Shown here piece after piece: positions 26,121 to 39,620 of a stretch of DNA of 64,000 nt. Numbering within the stretch: position 1 is the stretch's first letter; the number at the start of each line of letters is the position of its first letter. The DNA is taken from assembly GCF_009914755.1 (NCBI RefSeq), contig NC_060927.1; one strand, given 5' to 3'. This stretch comes from the human T2T-CHM13v2.0 reference genome, Homo sapiens. A model generated the notes under the pieces. That model made no database searches and had not been told where the DNA came from. It saw only the letters and a program-made list of their open reading frames with translations. A program made the position numbers and the translations under genes.

Positions 26121-26286
26121 ACCTCAGATCCACTGAACCAGAACGTCTTTCAGGAGGATGAGGAGTTTTCAGTAAGTTCAGTGGGCATTTTTTACACGTA
26201 GTGAAGATTCAGACCTTCCTTGAATGTCTTTAAATCCTATTTAACGCGTATAATAAAAAAAGATAAGAGCATTATTAGATTAGATA
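26121..26286 (+). repeat. Copy B of the 166-bp local direct repeat; its 5' part belongs to a MER5-like element starting ~26050
   Basis: Matches 25628-25793; preceded by MER5-like TTCTCAAAC...GCAGATTCTGGGGCTCT. Confidence 0.95.
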
Positions 26287-26363
26287 CCACTGGTATCTAG
26301 TTCTTGCCAGCATCTCTCTTTGGGTAGACTAGAAATACTAATGATAGTAATAACAATAGCTAA

Positions 26364-26698
<335 letters not shown>

Positions 26699-27361
26699 TG
26701 AGCTTTTATAATGACAGGTAGCACTAAGAGCTTTACACGTATTATTCCAGTACATCCACACAATAACCCAATAATGACTCTTCTGTTATTATCTCATTTA
26801 ATAGATTAAGAACTGAGGCTCAAAGAGGATATGGACATTTCCCAAGATCAACAAGTAGCAAGTGGCTGAGATGACATTTAAAATGTTAAAGGAACATGGG
26901 GCCAAAATAAAAGGTGCACAACTGGCATTTAGTGCATATGGGATCCTTCATATGTTTTAATTGGGATTGCAAGGAACTCTTGAGCCCAAAGAGGTTACAT
27001 AGGTATGTATTGTCACAATACATAGGCACAGTGGGGAGGGGTATGTGAAGGACCAAAATCAAATGGTAACCCTAGAGGGGTACCTCCAGGGCAGGAACTA
27101 GGATCTGTTTGGAGGTGAGGAAGTCCTGAGGACCAGCTCCTCTGGGTCCATTCTGATCTCTTGTCTTTGCTCTTAGATCTGCTCTCAGCCTAGACTTTTG
27201 CTTATTTGTTGCATCTGCTTCCTCATCCTTCCTCTTACCTTGTTGCTCCTGTGCTGGACTCCACCTCCTGGTTCCTCCCCATACATTCTCTTAGCTTCCA
27301 CTCCCACTGCCAGCTGCCTCATTCTCTCAGAATTTCTTGGTTTATAATCTTATTTAATCTT

Positions 27362-27685
<324 letters not shown>

Positions 27686-27867
27686 TGATAAGTCCAGCTT
27701 ATCATGCTTATAAGATTGCTGGTAGGGTGCTATACCTGACTACAATCATTTTGGCTGAAGAGGGGAAACAGGGAGGCTGTATATTAAAAACCATGGTTGC
27801 CTGCAGGCCATGCTCTATGGCATGTCTGTAAGCAGAACAGGCACAATTGCCATTTCCAGTTCAAGTT

Positions 27868-27873
27868 TTTATT
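27868..27873 (-). terminator. PRICKLE2: Candidate distal poly(A) signal (AATAAA) for an extended PRICKLE2 3'UTR
   Basis: TTTATT on +; minus-strand downstream sequence TTGTGCCTGTTCTGCTT is GU/U-rich; position agrees with my recollection of the longest annotated 3' end. Confidence 0.5.
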
Positions 27874-28426
27874 CAAAAGCTCTTAGAATGTCTTACAATG
27901 AAACAACTCTTGTTGTCTGCCACTCCCAAGTCCTTGTGATTAGTTAGGGTGGGTAAGACTACTTACTATTCCGAATGTCTTGCCTAGTTGAAAGTAAAGT
28001 TTGTAAACTCCTTTAAGGTAGGGATTTTTGTTTGTTTTGCACATTATTGTATTCCAAGCACCTAGAACGGTTCCTGGCTAGAGAAAGCCTTTTGATAAAT
28101 ATTTGTTGAATGAATGAATAGATGATATTATAGCATCCAGCAAGTCCCTAATGTTGTGGATCAGACACGGGGAAATTGAATTTACATGCTGCCTTGGTCC
28201 TGGCTCCCAGTCAGTGTTAATGCTGCCCTAACCAGAACACAGACATGGATGTAATTCTCCAGACAGACCACTTATTATTTGCTTAAAAGCAAACACAAAT
28301 ATTTTTGGGTCATCTGCTGCTTTCAATTCTTGCTAATAACTGAAAATTAACTGTGTGGCCTGGGTAGGAATCAGTTTCAAGAATTCTCAAGGAACAAAGA
28401 CACTAAGAAGGCAATGCATTGAAACC

Positions 28427-29337
28427 AGTGGTTCTCAACAGGGAGACATTGACAATGTGTGGAGACATTTTTAATTGTGGTTAAATAAACATAATATAAA
28501 ATTTACCATCTTAACCACTTTTAAGTGTACAGTTCAGTAGTATTAAGTTCATCTGCATTGTTCTGCAACCCGTCTCCAGAACTCTTTTCATCTTGCCATA
28601 ATGAAACTCTATACCCATTAAATAGTAACTCCCCATTCCCTCCTCCCTTCAGTCCCTGACAACCAACCACTCTTCTACATTCTGTCTCTATGAATTTGAC
28701 TCTAGGTGCCTCAGATAAATGGAATCATACACTTGTCTTTTTGTGACTGGCTTATCTCACTTAGCAAAATGTCCTCAAGGTTCATCCATGTTGTAGCATG
28801 TGTCAGAATTTCCTTCCGTTTTAAGGCTGAATAATATTCCATTGTATGTATACACCACACCTTGTTTACACATTCATCCATCAGTGGACATTTGGGTTGC
28901 TCCCACTTTTTGGATATTGTGAATGCTGCTTTTATGAATATGGGTGTACAAGTATCTCTTTGGAGACCCTGCTGTCAATTCTTTTGGGTATAGCCCAGAA
29001 GTAGCATATGGTAGTAATTCTATTTTTAATTTTTTTTGAGGAACTGCCATACTGTTTTCCACAGCACTACATCATTTTACATTCCCACCAACAGTGTACA
29101 AGTGTTCCAATTGCTCCACATCCTCACCCACATTTGTTGTTATTTTTAATAACTGCCATCCTAATGGTTGTGATGGGAGACATTTTTAGTTGTCACAGTT
29201 TCTGGGGGCTGCTACTGGCATCTAGTGAGTAGAAGTCAGCGATGTTGCTAAACATCCTACAATGCACAGGACAGCCCTCTGCAACCGAGAATTAACTAGC
29301 ACAAGACGTCAATATTGCTGAGGCTTAGAAACCCTGA
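28427..29337 (+). mobile_element. MER20 split by an L1 insertion
   Basis: 5' part CAGTGGTTCTCAAC...GGAGACATTTTTA (28427-28473) resumes at 29176 and ends ...GAAACCCTG. Confidence 0.9.
28474..29175 (-). mobile_element. L1M (L1MB/late-MA-like) 3' fragment with a 13-bp TSD
   Basis: Antisense L1 3' end (AAATTTACCATCTTAACCACTTTTAAGTGTACAGTTCAGT); TSD GGAGACATTTTTA at 28461-28473 and 29176-29188. Confidence 0.9.
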
Positions 29338-29464
29338 TTTAAACAATCAGGTTAATATTTCATAGTAAAACTCATCCCTCCATACCTGTGTCCTTTCTTT
29401 TCTTTGTTGAAATGCTCAAAGGCAGAGACCACCCCTAAAATCTGGAAAGTGAGGGAGGGCTGAG

Positions 29465-32400
29465 AAGAATGGCAACATTTCTTTTATTCAAATTTTATTG
29501 GAAGTTTACAAATGTATTACAGACATCAGTAAAACATCATATCCATTTTACAGGGCACGGATCTCAAGCAAAGTGTTCAGAACAGTCTCTGGCAGAGCCC
29601 ACACCAAAGGCCTGTTGCAGACCTTCTTAACAAATAGCTTGACACTCAACACAGAACACAGACTCTGGCCTGCCTCACCTTCCCAGGCCCTTTGAGGTTT
29701 TGTTTATGCACTTGAAATGAAAGCAGGAGATGGACAAAGCAATCCTGTGGAGGAAAGAATGAGTTTAGGAGAGGAAAACCTGCCGAAGTCCTAATTTGCT
29801 AAAAAAAAATTAATTAAAAAATGGAGGACTCATAGTCCTTACAATGTTAAGTCAGGGTCTATGATAGAATCATGACACTTTATGGAAAGATATGAAAATC
29901 AACTAGGTAGGTTTAAGAACAGACCTTATTGGTAAGTAACTCTCTCTGAAAAATTTAGAAAAGCTTGGTCAGTGACCTGTTGAATATCAATGGCCAAATG
30001 CCAAGCAGAGTGAAGGGATATCTCAGAGAACTCTCAGAATAGAACAAGCAGATTTTTCTCTATCCTATGGATTCATCGTATTCAAAACACAGGAATGTTT
30101 TCCTAACACTATGTGACTTTCCCCTCCTTTATATTTCCTTGAGGAAAGCTAGTTTTGTCAGCAGGAAGTAAGCTTATAAAATAGTATGGCTCCCAATAGT
30201 GAGTCATATTTTATGGGAGTCTTGTGTTGACTAGGCTACTATTATGAGAAAATGGAAAAAGAATCCAATTTTTTCTTGATCTTTACTTTGAGGACTACTT
30301 CCAAATGGTCATAAGAATAAGCTCTGGTATCTGCTGAGGCACCAGAGGGACAAACCACTGGAGACAAGGCAAAGGCCATTTCTACTTCTCTTGTGCTTAA
30401 AGAAATGTACCTCAAAAGGTGGCGATCTGAAACTGCCTTCAACAATTGGCAGTGGAGGCTTGGCTACTGAGTCTTGCATATGCAAATGCTGTCTGCAGAG
30501 CCCATTTTAAAGCCCTGAAGGTGCAAAACAGTTGCTAATAGCAACTGTCCTGGCATGAAGTATTCAGATAACTGGTTCAGTTTTCCACTTTCCTTTGTCA
30601 TGGACGGATCTTCCTTCTTAGGCTTAAGCATCTGTTTTCTGCTAGAAATACACAAAGAACACTTCTCCTTGGAATTTAAATATTTATTTATTTTTTGTTA
30701 GAAGGTGGGATTACATGAAGAATAAGATGAAGTCTTACCTCACCTCTGCAAAATGAAGACTGCCTATAGTAATTGGCAGAGAACATGAAAATGGCCAAGG
30801 AGGTAAAGAGATTTTTTTGTCCTTTAGCCTAAGAAGTCAGCTTCCTCGAGCCTCCACAACCTGGGATGGGGGAGGGGCAGGTGAATTGGAGTCTCCGAAT
30901 TACTTATACATATTGGTTCCTAAATGTTCGTAATTATGCTTCCTAAACTGTTTTTGTTCTACGGCAAGAGAACCAAGAGTGGAAAGACAGATATGAATCA
31001 GTTCACAAATAAGATTGGTTATCAGACCAATAAGATCAGTTCTGATCAACTGGTCCTGGCTGGTTGGAGTGTTGCAAAGATCTGTGAGGCTGCATCCACA
31101 TTCTCAGCAAGAGTATACAGTGATGCATTGGTTGTATCTGCTCAGCTTGCAGGGAGCGCAGAGCACATGCCACATATATGTCATCACAGGCCTCACCTGA
31201 ATTGAACAATAGCTAGTAGTACCCAAGAAGCAGAAAGCTGCTGCAGAAGGAAGAAAACATAATCTTGTTATAGTGCAGGAACATCCTACAGGAAATGAGG
31301 ATTAGAAAGCACTACTTCCAGATCCTGTATTAGAAACACAAAATTGCTCATTTGCTCGACTGGTTGGGGGTAGAAAGGAAGGAATAAAAAATAAAAGGTG
31401 AAAGTGGAAAGAAGGTGTCAAACAACCCACACCAGGACTTCTTCCTTGGATGTATGAAAAACCAGGAAGCATGGTTCTGATCTCCCTTACCTCATTCACC
31501 TTCACACTTGGTAGAGATCCCACAACTATATGACAGAAGGAAAGCGCCCTGAATACCATCCTCAATGCCACCTGGCTGCCAAGAAGCCTTTTCACAGTAC
31601 CAAGGGTGGTATGGATTGGCAGAGCCACTCAGGAAACTGTCAATGACTTATACTTCCTGGGTCTGGGAACAAGCCAGCTATGTTGCTACTGAATTGAGCA
31701 GCAATAGGAAATGAACTCAACTCCGAAGTTGCAGTTCTAACCAAAAGACAAGAAGATCAATATTAGGAGAGGTGGGAAAAATAACAACCAGGGCATTGGA
31801 GAAGAGAGAACGCTGGAAAAAGATTACTATTCTGGAAATCAGTCTCTTGAAGATGGAATTATGATCTAAGAGGAAGTGAGTACAGGCCCCACTCACAGGA
31901 GGAGCTTGTCCAATAAGAGTTAATGGTTGTGATGGAGGAATTAGGTGAGGACCTTAAGTTCTTGCCTCAGGAAATAATGCATTGGGAGTGGGATTCTGGG
32001 ATGTGATGTGTGAGCTATCACTAGCAGGCAGAATTCCAAATACAGTGATGTCCTTCTCCTCAATAGGGCATTCGCTTGGGGGTTCTGCCATCATTGTAAG
32101 GAATTGGCCTTCCTCATTCAGCATTCTCTGTAAGGTTGCATTTGGGGTCAGAAGAAATCTGCAATGGTAGAATTGAGGGAGGTAATCTTGCTAGTAGACA
32201 GTTTTACCCTGAAGCTTGTATGTCATTTCATCTCAAGCTCTGAGCAGTTCAGTGCCTGGATGCTCTCTGGGCATCTAGACTTATGCCTCCAGACCCCTCC
32301 GGGCACTGGCCATGTGTCAGTTTTTAGGCCACCTTCTTTCTGATGATGGTGGTTGAAGCTTTCTTTGAGAAAGGTAAGAGGTATTCTGAGAAAAACAGAG

Positions 32401-34660
32401 TTAGGAAGCAACTTTTACTGGGAGAATTTCTTTCACTGGATTTGGGGCCACAGAGGACAGACATATTTTCAACCGTTTGCTAAGATAAGTGATCTACTTT
32501 TCCCCCTCTCTTTTTCCAAAATTGCCTTTTTAGTTTCATCAATCAAGGAACTTAAAACTCCAAATTGGACTCGCACAATTTCTACCAGAAACCTGCCACT
32601 TTAGTAGCACGGTATTGCAAATTATTTCTTAATCAGTTTGCCAAGCAGTTTACAAACTTACTATACAAACGTAATAGAGTTAATTCTCCGGAGGCTCGGA
32701 TAATTAATGAAGCATTTAGATATGAAGATAGCATGCGGAAAACAGCCACAACCAACATGTGCATTGCTTTTTTAAAAAAATCAGTGACAATGACAAATGT
32801 CATATTAATACCTGAAAAGCAAATTATTTTAATACATCCCGAATGGAGTGCCATTACCATGTCCTTTACAGCCTTCCTTTCCTCAGACCCATCTGGGATG
32901 GGGTCTGAAATGCCACTTTTGACATTCTCTCCATAAAAAATACTAGAAAATGTTAACTACTATACTGAAAAGAGATCACGCTCACCTCACCATGGCAGAT
33001 GGCCACTGAGATACACCGGGCACTACATCGACAGTACATCTCACTACAGGTGGGTCCTCCGATGGATTATTTCAACTGCCACAATCCATTAAGGGGAGGA
33101 GGAGGATGGAAGAAACCAAGTGCTTCATTTTTAACTGAAGCAAGGTAGGGAGTTTTATTTTACTATAAACAGCACAACCGTTAAATGTCTTCATTAAGCA
33201 AACTCACTTTTGAGCCCATTTTCTGACCAACAGTCCTCAAAGTTCAAAATGGAAATACCCTCCCAACAAAGCCTGTTTTTTTAAAGACATTGCACCACTG
33301 AAATCTCAGCAGCTCAACCTTCCTGGGTAATCCAGATACTCTGGTTACTAAGCTGGTTACACTGGACTCTTTCTACAATCTCTGGGAGCTCTTCGAGGTG
33401 GTTGTCACCTGTCCTCTGTTTCATTTCCAGTTCTTCTTTTCCCTGACCTGCCTTCAGATTCTCCTTTAACTTCTACCCTTGACCTGCCTTCTGTTTTCAA
33501 ATAGCCTTGTTCCTTCTCCAGGCATGACATGTCACACACCGTCCCTCGCAGAGCCCCCTCAGAATCCTTCTGTCCCTCAATCCCAAATGCTTAAGTTCAT
33601 TTGCTTTGAGGACAACCGGTTGTCAGGCTAAGGCAGCAGTTCTGTCTGCCTTGGTAAAGGAAAGCAGATAATACAATCCAGGAAACATGAGCACCAGAAC
33701 ATAATGCCACATTCAAAACAACGTCATGCTGACATCACACAATGGCACCACTCACAGTCACTTTTACTTTCCCCAAGGGATAGATCAACATTAAGTAACT
33801 TCAACATTCCCAGCAGGGATGGCATTTCTCACAGAATTTTACTGACACCGGTTGGTTTCTCTAATTGGCAAAAATTACATTTGCAATTTAAAAAAAAATT
33901 ACTACCACTTTGTAGAAAATAAATTCTACTGAGGGTGGGAGCAGACTTAAGGATGGCTCCTTAAGAGGGAACGGAGCATAAAATGCTTTGGGTCTAACAG
34001 TTATGTTTTTTCAGCCACAAAAAGCCAAATTGAATATGTTCCTTTGAAAAAGGTCTCACTGACATGTAACAAATTTGTATAGAAAAAAAAAAAAAAAAAA
34101 AAAGGTGGTACCGGGCCACATTTCAATACTACTCAGAGACAATGGTGGATGTGCATGCAAGTCCCCACTGAGTCCTACGATATAGAAATTCCTTTGATAT
34201 TACAAAATACAAAAATATTTTATCAGAACTCTCATTTACATTGCATTTACAATGGACATGTAAATAACTTAGTCTTGGGTCCTGGCTAATAAACAAATTA
34301 CTTACTGAAAAAAGGGTCCTAAAAGTAAGAGAACCAGAGAGGATAAAAGCGAGCAGGAAACAATTTACCATCTTGAGAGATGGCAACTCAACACAGAACT
34401 GATGGGAAGGAAGTGACCAAGCCTGGCCTCGATAGAGTCTACTGTGTTTCCAAAGTGAAATGTGCAAATAATATTCAACATGCCAAGAACTGTGACTACC
34501 TATTGAGTCAACCTGTAACCTTGCCTCCATCTACTGACAGCATTTTCCCTTTTCTCCCCCATAAGCCACCCCCAAAAGCGCTTTAACATTTAAAACAGTG
34601 CAAGTTTCTGACTTTACATTCTTAGCTCCCATCTTCTCCCATTCCCTGATCCCAATCATA
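29465..34660 (-). other. PRICKLE2: PRICKLE2 3'UTR (~5.2 kb)
   Basis: Follows the TAA stop at 34661-34663; no recognisable Alu/L1; ends at the tandem AATAAA. Confidence 0.8.
29483..29499 (-). terminator. PRICKLE2: Tandem AATAAA poly(A) signals, probable main PRICKLE2 3' end
   Basis: TTTATT at 29483-29488 and 29494-29499; three TGTA (CFIm) motifs within ~55 nt upstream on minus; marks the edge of the repeat-poor block. Confidence 0.75.
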
Positions 34661-35590
<930 letters not shown>

Positions 35591-37851
35591 TCACTGTCAC
35601 TGCTGGTCATCTATCTAGGGTCATTATATACCGTTGTGAAGTTGTGTACTGCACAAAGGCCCTCTCAGGGGGCACATGTGCCTGTGAGGGGGTTCTCTCC
35701 ACTCCACAGTAGGTCACTATCTACCTAGAGGGGGCACTTACTTAAAATGCTTCCAGAGATGTATTTTACCAGTTACTAGTTCCTCCAAAGGCTCATCAAA
35801 GTTACTAAGAGCCCACTGTGTATCCTATGTATGATGCTTCCTCTATTTGGAGTTTCACTTTGCAAAGTACTTTAATTACATTTTTGATTCTAATCATGCA
35901 CTATAAGCTCTGTAGGACAGATATTTTGGATGAGCAAACTTTAAGCTCTAGAGGCTGGATCATGCCCAAGCTGTTTCTGGCAATACCAAACACTGGTTCC
36001 ACAATATTGGGCCAGTTCACTTCTCTGTTAGCCCGCAGCAGTTTCCTGCTTTGCCTGCTGTCCCTAAGTGGCAGGTGGCTCCCTATCAAAAGTGTCTTGG
36101 ACACTAAGTGACTCCCTAGATATAGATAGAGAAATATTTACTCTCTCAGACCATTCAGTGAATGCTCCAAGGTTGTAAATGGGTCTCTAGCAGCCAGAAG
36201 ATGTGTGTGGGACCCCAAGGGACCTCTCGGTCGCACAGGGAGGGACTTTCAAAAGTAAAGCAGTGGGTTTGATGCTCTCAAACAGTGGGTGCCCCAGCAA
36301 TGGACCTCCATTTCTTAACTGCTGTCAAATGAGCTCTTGGCATCCCTGAGATGAAAACCATTTTGAAGGTAGTGGGAGATACTGACTGCAGTAACTTCCA
36401 TTTTGCTCATTTTCAGGCAGAGCTCTCTAAGGAGATGTTTAAGAATGGGCCAGGTGGCAAAGTCTCAGCATTTTCCACTCATTACATATTGCAAGGATCA
36501 GCAATTTGCCATTCCTGGTCATAGACAACATGCCTTTGGATTGCAATGGCCCATTATCACCCCTGCTACTGATTATTCCTGTCTCCTACTGGGGCCTCCA
36601 ACTTCCTCTTCCGTGACAAAACCTAAAGCAGTGTTACGAGCACTTTGCAAAATTACTTGGCAATATTTACTAAAGCTAAATACACATATACGTATATGAA
36701 TTATAAATAAAGCCGCTCTGAATATCCTTGGCCATTTTTTGTGGACTTATGAATTTCTGTTGGGTGTACGACCAAGAGTAGAAATTCCACAATTCTCCAT
36801 CTTCACTCTTGATTATATATTCATCAGAAGTTAGTAAGAAGGTCCAAGAAATGGACAAGGGTACTCAGAGAAGCTTTCTTGTAATAGCCCAGAAACGGAA
36901 ACAACTCAAATGTCAATTATCAGGAAAATGGATAAATATATTGTGGTTTTTTCTACCATTCCCCACTAAAAGGAATCCAGGCTCTTTAGAAAGATGGCCA
37001 ATTCCAGGATAAAGGCAAGGAAATTAAAAGAACCAGGATCTTGTTATGCCATAAAGTGAGAAAGTATTAAAAATAAGATATGGCAGGGGTTTGTCAGAAG
37101 GACACAGGGCCTAACTTGAAGGGGCCCCCACTGGCCAAATCTGAACAATTTGAGCACTCAAATATTTAAGTGAAGTAATGATTTATAAACCACTGAAACA
37201 AATAGGAATTCACAAGTCCATGCTGATAGCAGATAAATAAAAACATAAATAAATACACAAACAGGGAAAAGAGAGGGCTCTATGTATAGTGGAATGCCAA
37301 CCGCTGTCAGTAGAGTAAGTTCACAAGAAGGAAGGGGGTGCCAGATTTGGAAAGTCATTTTATAACCATTGGAGGTAGAGTGCTTCACACAAGAATCAAA
37401 AAGTGTGCTAAATTTAGGGGGTAAAATTTGATGGGAGAGAGCATTGTTTTAAAGTGTTTCCCTACACATTGCTTATTAGTTGCAAGGGAAGAATTAGTAA
37501 CTAAACAAAGGTAAAATCAGACAACACCTTGACCTTAAGTTCAAACTTAACATCCCTGGTGAGATGCAACTGCACCCTGCATGCCTCCAGTTGAGATGTA
37601 CTGAGAAGGGCACACTATCCCTTATGTAGTATTCCAGTCAAGAATGTATTTCCCGAATGCATTCAGGAGGAAACATTAGACAGATGCCAAAAGGAGGGAC
37701 ATTTGTTATGAAAAAAGGGACTGTAGTCTTAAGACCAGACAAGACTGAGAGAATGTTCTAGATGAAAGGGTACGAGGGAAACATGGCAATTACATATAAT
37801 ACCTGATCCTGGACTGGAACCTGCTCTTTAGGGAAACTAAATGCTATAAAG

Positions 37852-38361
37852 TAGGGGTTCCCAGACCTCAGGCTACAGACTGGTTAGGAGCAGGGCCACA
37901 CAGAAGGAGGTGAGTGGTCAGTAAGGGAAGCTTCATCTGCATGTACAGCCACTCCCCATTGCTCCAACTACTGCCTGACCTCTGCCTCCTGACAGATCAG
38001 CAGCAGCATTAGACTCTCATAGGAGTGTAAACCCTGTTGTGAACTGCTCATGCAGGATCTAGGTTGTGTGCTCCTTACGAGAATCTCATGCCTGATGATC
38101 CATAACTGTCTCCCATTACCCCTAGATGGGACTGTCTAGTTGCAGGAAAACAAGCTCAGGTCTCCCACTGACTCTACCTTAAAGTGAGTTGTGTAATTAT
38201 TTCAGTATATATTACAATGTAGTAATAATAGAAATAAAGTACATAATAAATGTAATGCACTTGAACCATCCCAAAGCCATCCCCACCCCCTGGCCCCAGT
38301 CTGTGGAAAAATTATCTTCCATAAAACCGGTCCCTGGTGCCAAAAAGGTTGGGGACTGCCT
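37852..38361 (+). mobile_element. MER1A (hAT-Charlie) with an 8-bp TSD
   Basis: AGGGGTTCCC...GCAGCATTAGACTCTCATAGGAG...GGTCCCTGGTGCCAAAAAGGTTGGGGACTGC; TSD CTATAAAG at 37844-37851 and 38362-38369. Confidence 0.92.
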
Positions 38362-38756
38362 CTATAAAGGATAACTTTTGGTCAACTGAAAAAAAAATGG
38401 AACATGGGCAATAGATAAAAGTATTATGCTAAATTTACTGTGGTCAATTAATAATGGTGATAATGTGGGAGAAGATCTTTACTCTTGGGAAATATATATG
38501 GAAGGATATGGTGGTAAATGGCCCAGATGGATGCAATTTGCTCTCAAATGGTTTATAAATAAAATGTGTGTGTGTGTGCGTGTGTGTGCATGCATGTGAA
38601 CATGAAAGAACAAATGTGGCAAAAGGTTAACAATGGATCAATCTACGTAAAGAGTACATTACAGGTGTTGTTTGTTCTATTTTTATAACTTTTTTTAAGT
38701 CTGAAATTATTTCCAAATAAAAAGTTTCTTTAACATTAGAATATATTCATCTGATA

Positions 38757-38955
38757 TGATGGTTTTTAATTCTGAAGGAAATTTGGAAACATCTGGACAC
38801 ATTTTTGGTTGTCACTATTAGGATGGGATTCTCCTGGCGTCTAGTAGGTAGAGGCCAGAGATGTTGCTAAACATCCTACAGTGTGAAGGATGGCTTCCTT
38901 GCCTCCACACAGAATTTTCCAAACCAAACTGTCAACAGTCTCAGAAGAAACCCTG
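38757..38955 (+). mobile_element. MER20
   Basis: ATTTTTGGTTGTCAC...CTGGCGTCTAGTAGGTAGAGGCCAGAGATGTTGCTAAACATCCTACA...AAACCCTG. Confidence 0.85.
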
Positions 38956-39307
38956 ATAAAATGGAATATTACACAATAATGAGAACGAATAACTACACCC
39001 AAGAACATGGATGTATCTCATAGAAAATGCTTGGACATGCAAAAAGAATATGTGCTGTATGATTCCATTTATATGAAGTTCAAGAACAGGCTGAGGCTAT
39101 CTATAGTGATACAGGTCAGGGCAGTGGGAGGAGGGGGTATGAAGAAGGCTTCTAGGGCACTGCAATTGTTCTATAACTAAATCTGGATGGTGGCTGTAAA
39201 ACAATACACATGTGTAAAAATTCACTGAGATGTAGTTTTAATATTGGTTTGCTTTATTCTGTGTAAATTATATCTCAATAAAATGGAGTAAAAGTAAAGC
39301 AACGTTT

Positions 39308-39620
39308 GGCCAGGTGTGGTGGCTCATGCCTGTAATCCCAGCACTTTGGGAGGCCAAGGAGGGTGGACTGCTTGAGCTCAGGAGTTCAAGACAAACCTGG
39401 GCAACATGGTGAAACCCTGTCTCTACTAAAAATACAAAAATTAGCTGGGCATGGTGGTGCGTGCCTGTAGTCCCAGCTACTTGGGAGACTGAGGTGGCAG
39501 TATCACCTGAGCCCAGGAGGTGGAGGCTGCAGTGAGCCGAGATTGTGCAACTGTGCTCCAGCCTGGGCAACAGAGCGAGCCCCTGTCTCCAAAAAATAAA
39601 CAAATAAATAAATAAAAAAT
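39308..39620 (+). mobile_element. Alu (AluJ-type) with TSD
   Basis: Full dimer with (TAAA)n tail; TSD AAAGCAACGTTT / AAAACAATGTTT. Confidence 0.95.

Larger units (their letters stand above)
36630..39290 (+). mobile_element. Patchwork of old L1M (MC/ME-like) 3' fragments interrupted by MER1A and MER20
   Basis: Degraded L1 3' motifs (GGCAATATTTACTAAAGCT, GTAATAGCCCAGAAACGGAAACAACTCAAATG, TATGATTCCATTTATATGAAGTTCAAGAACAGG). Confidence 0.6.

Noticed and set aside
33444-33491. 12-bp direct repeat TGACCTGCCTTC in the 3'UTR
   Set aside because: Too short to distinguish from local slippage
38565-38598. Alternating purine-pyrimidine tracts (also 17603-17628 and 42369-42392) as Z-DNA elements
   Set aside because: Short, common (TG)n-type microsatellites with no special context
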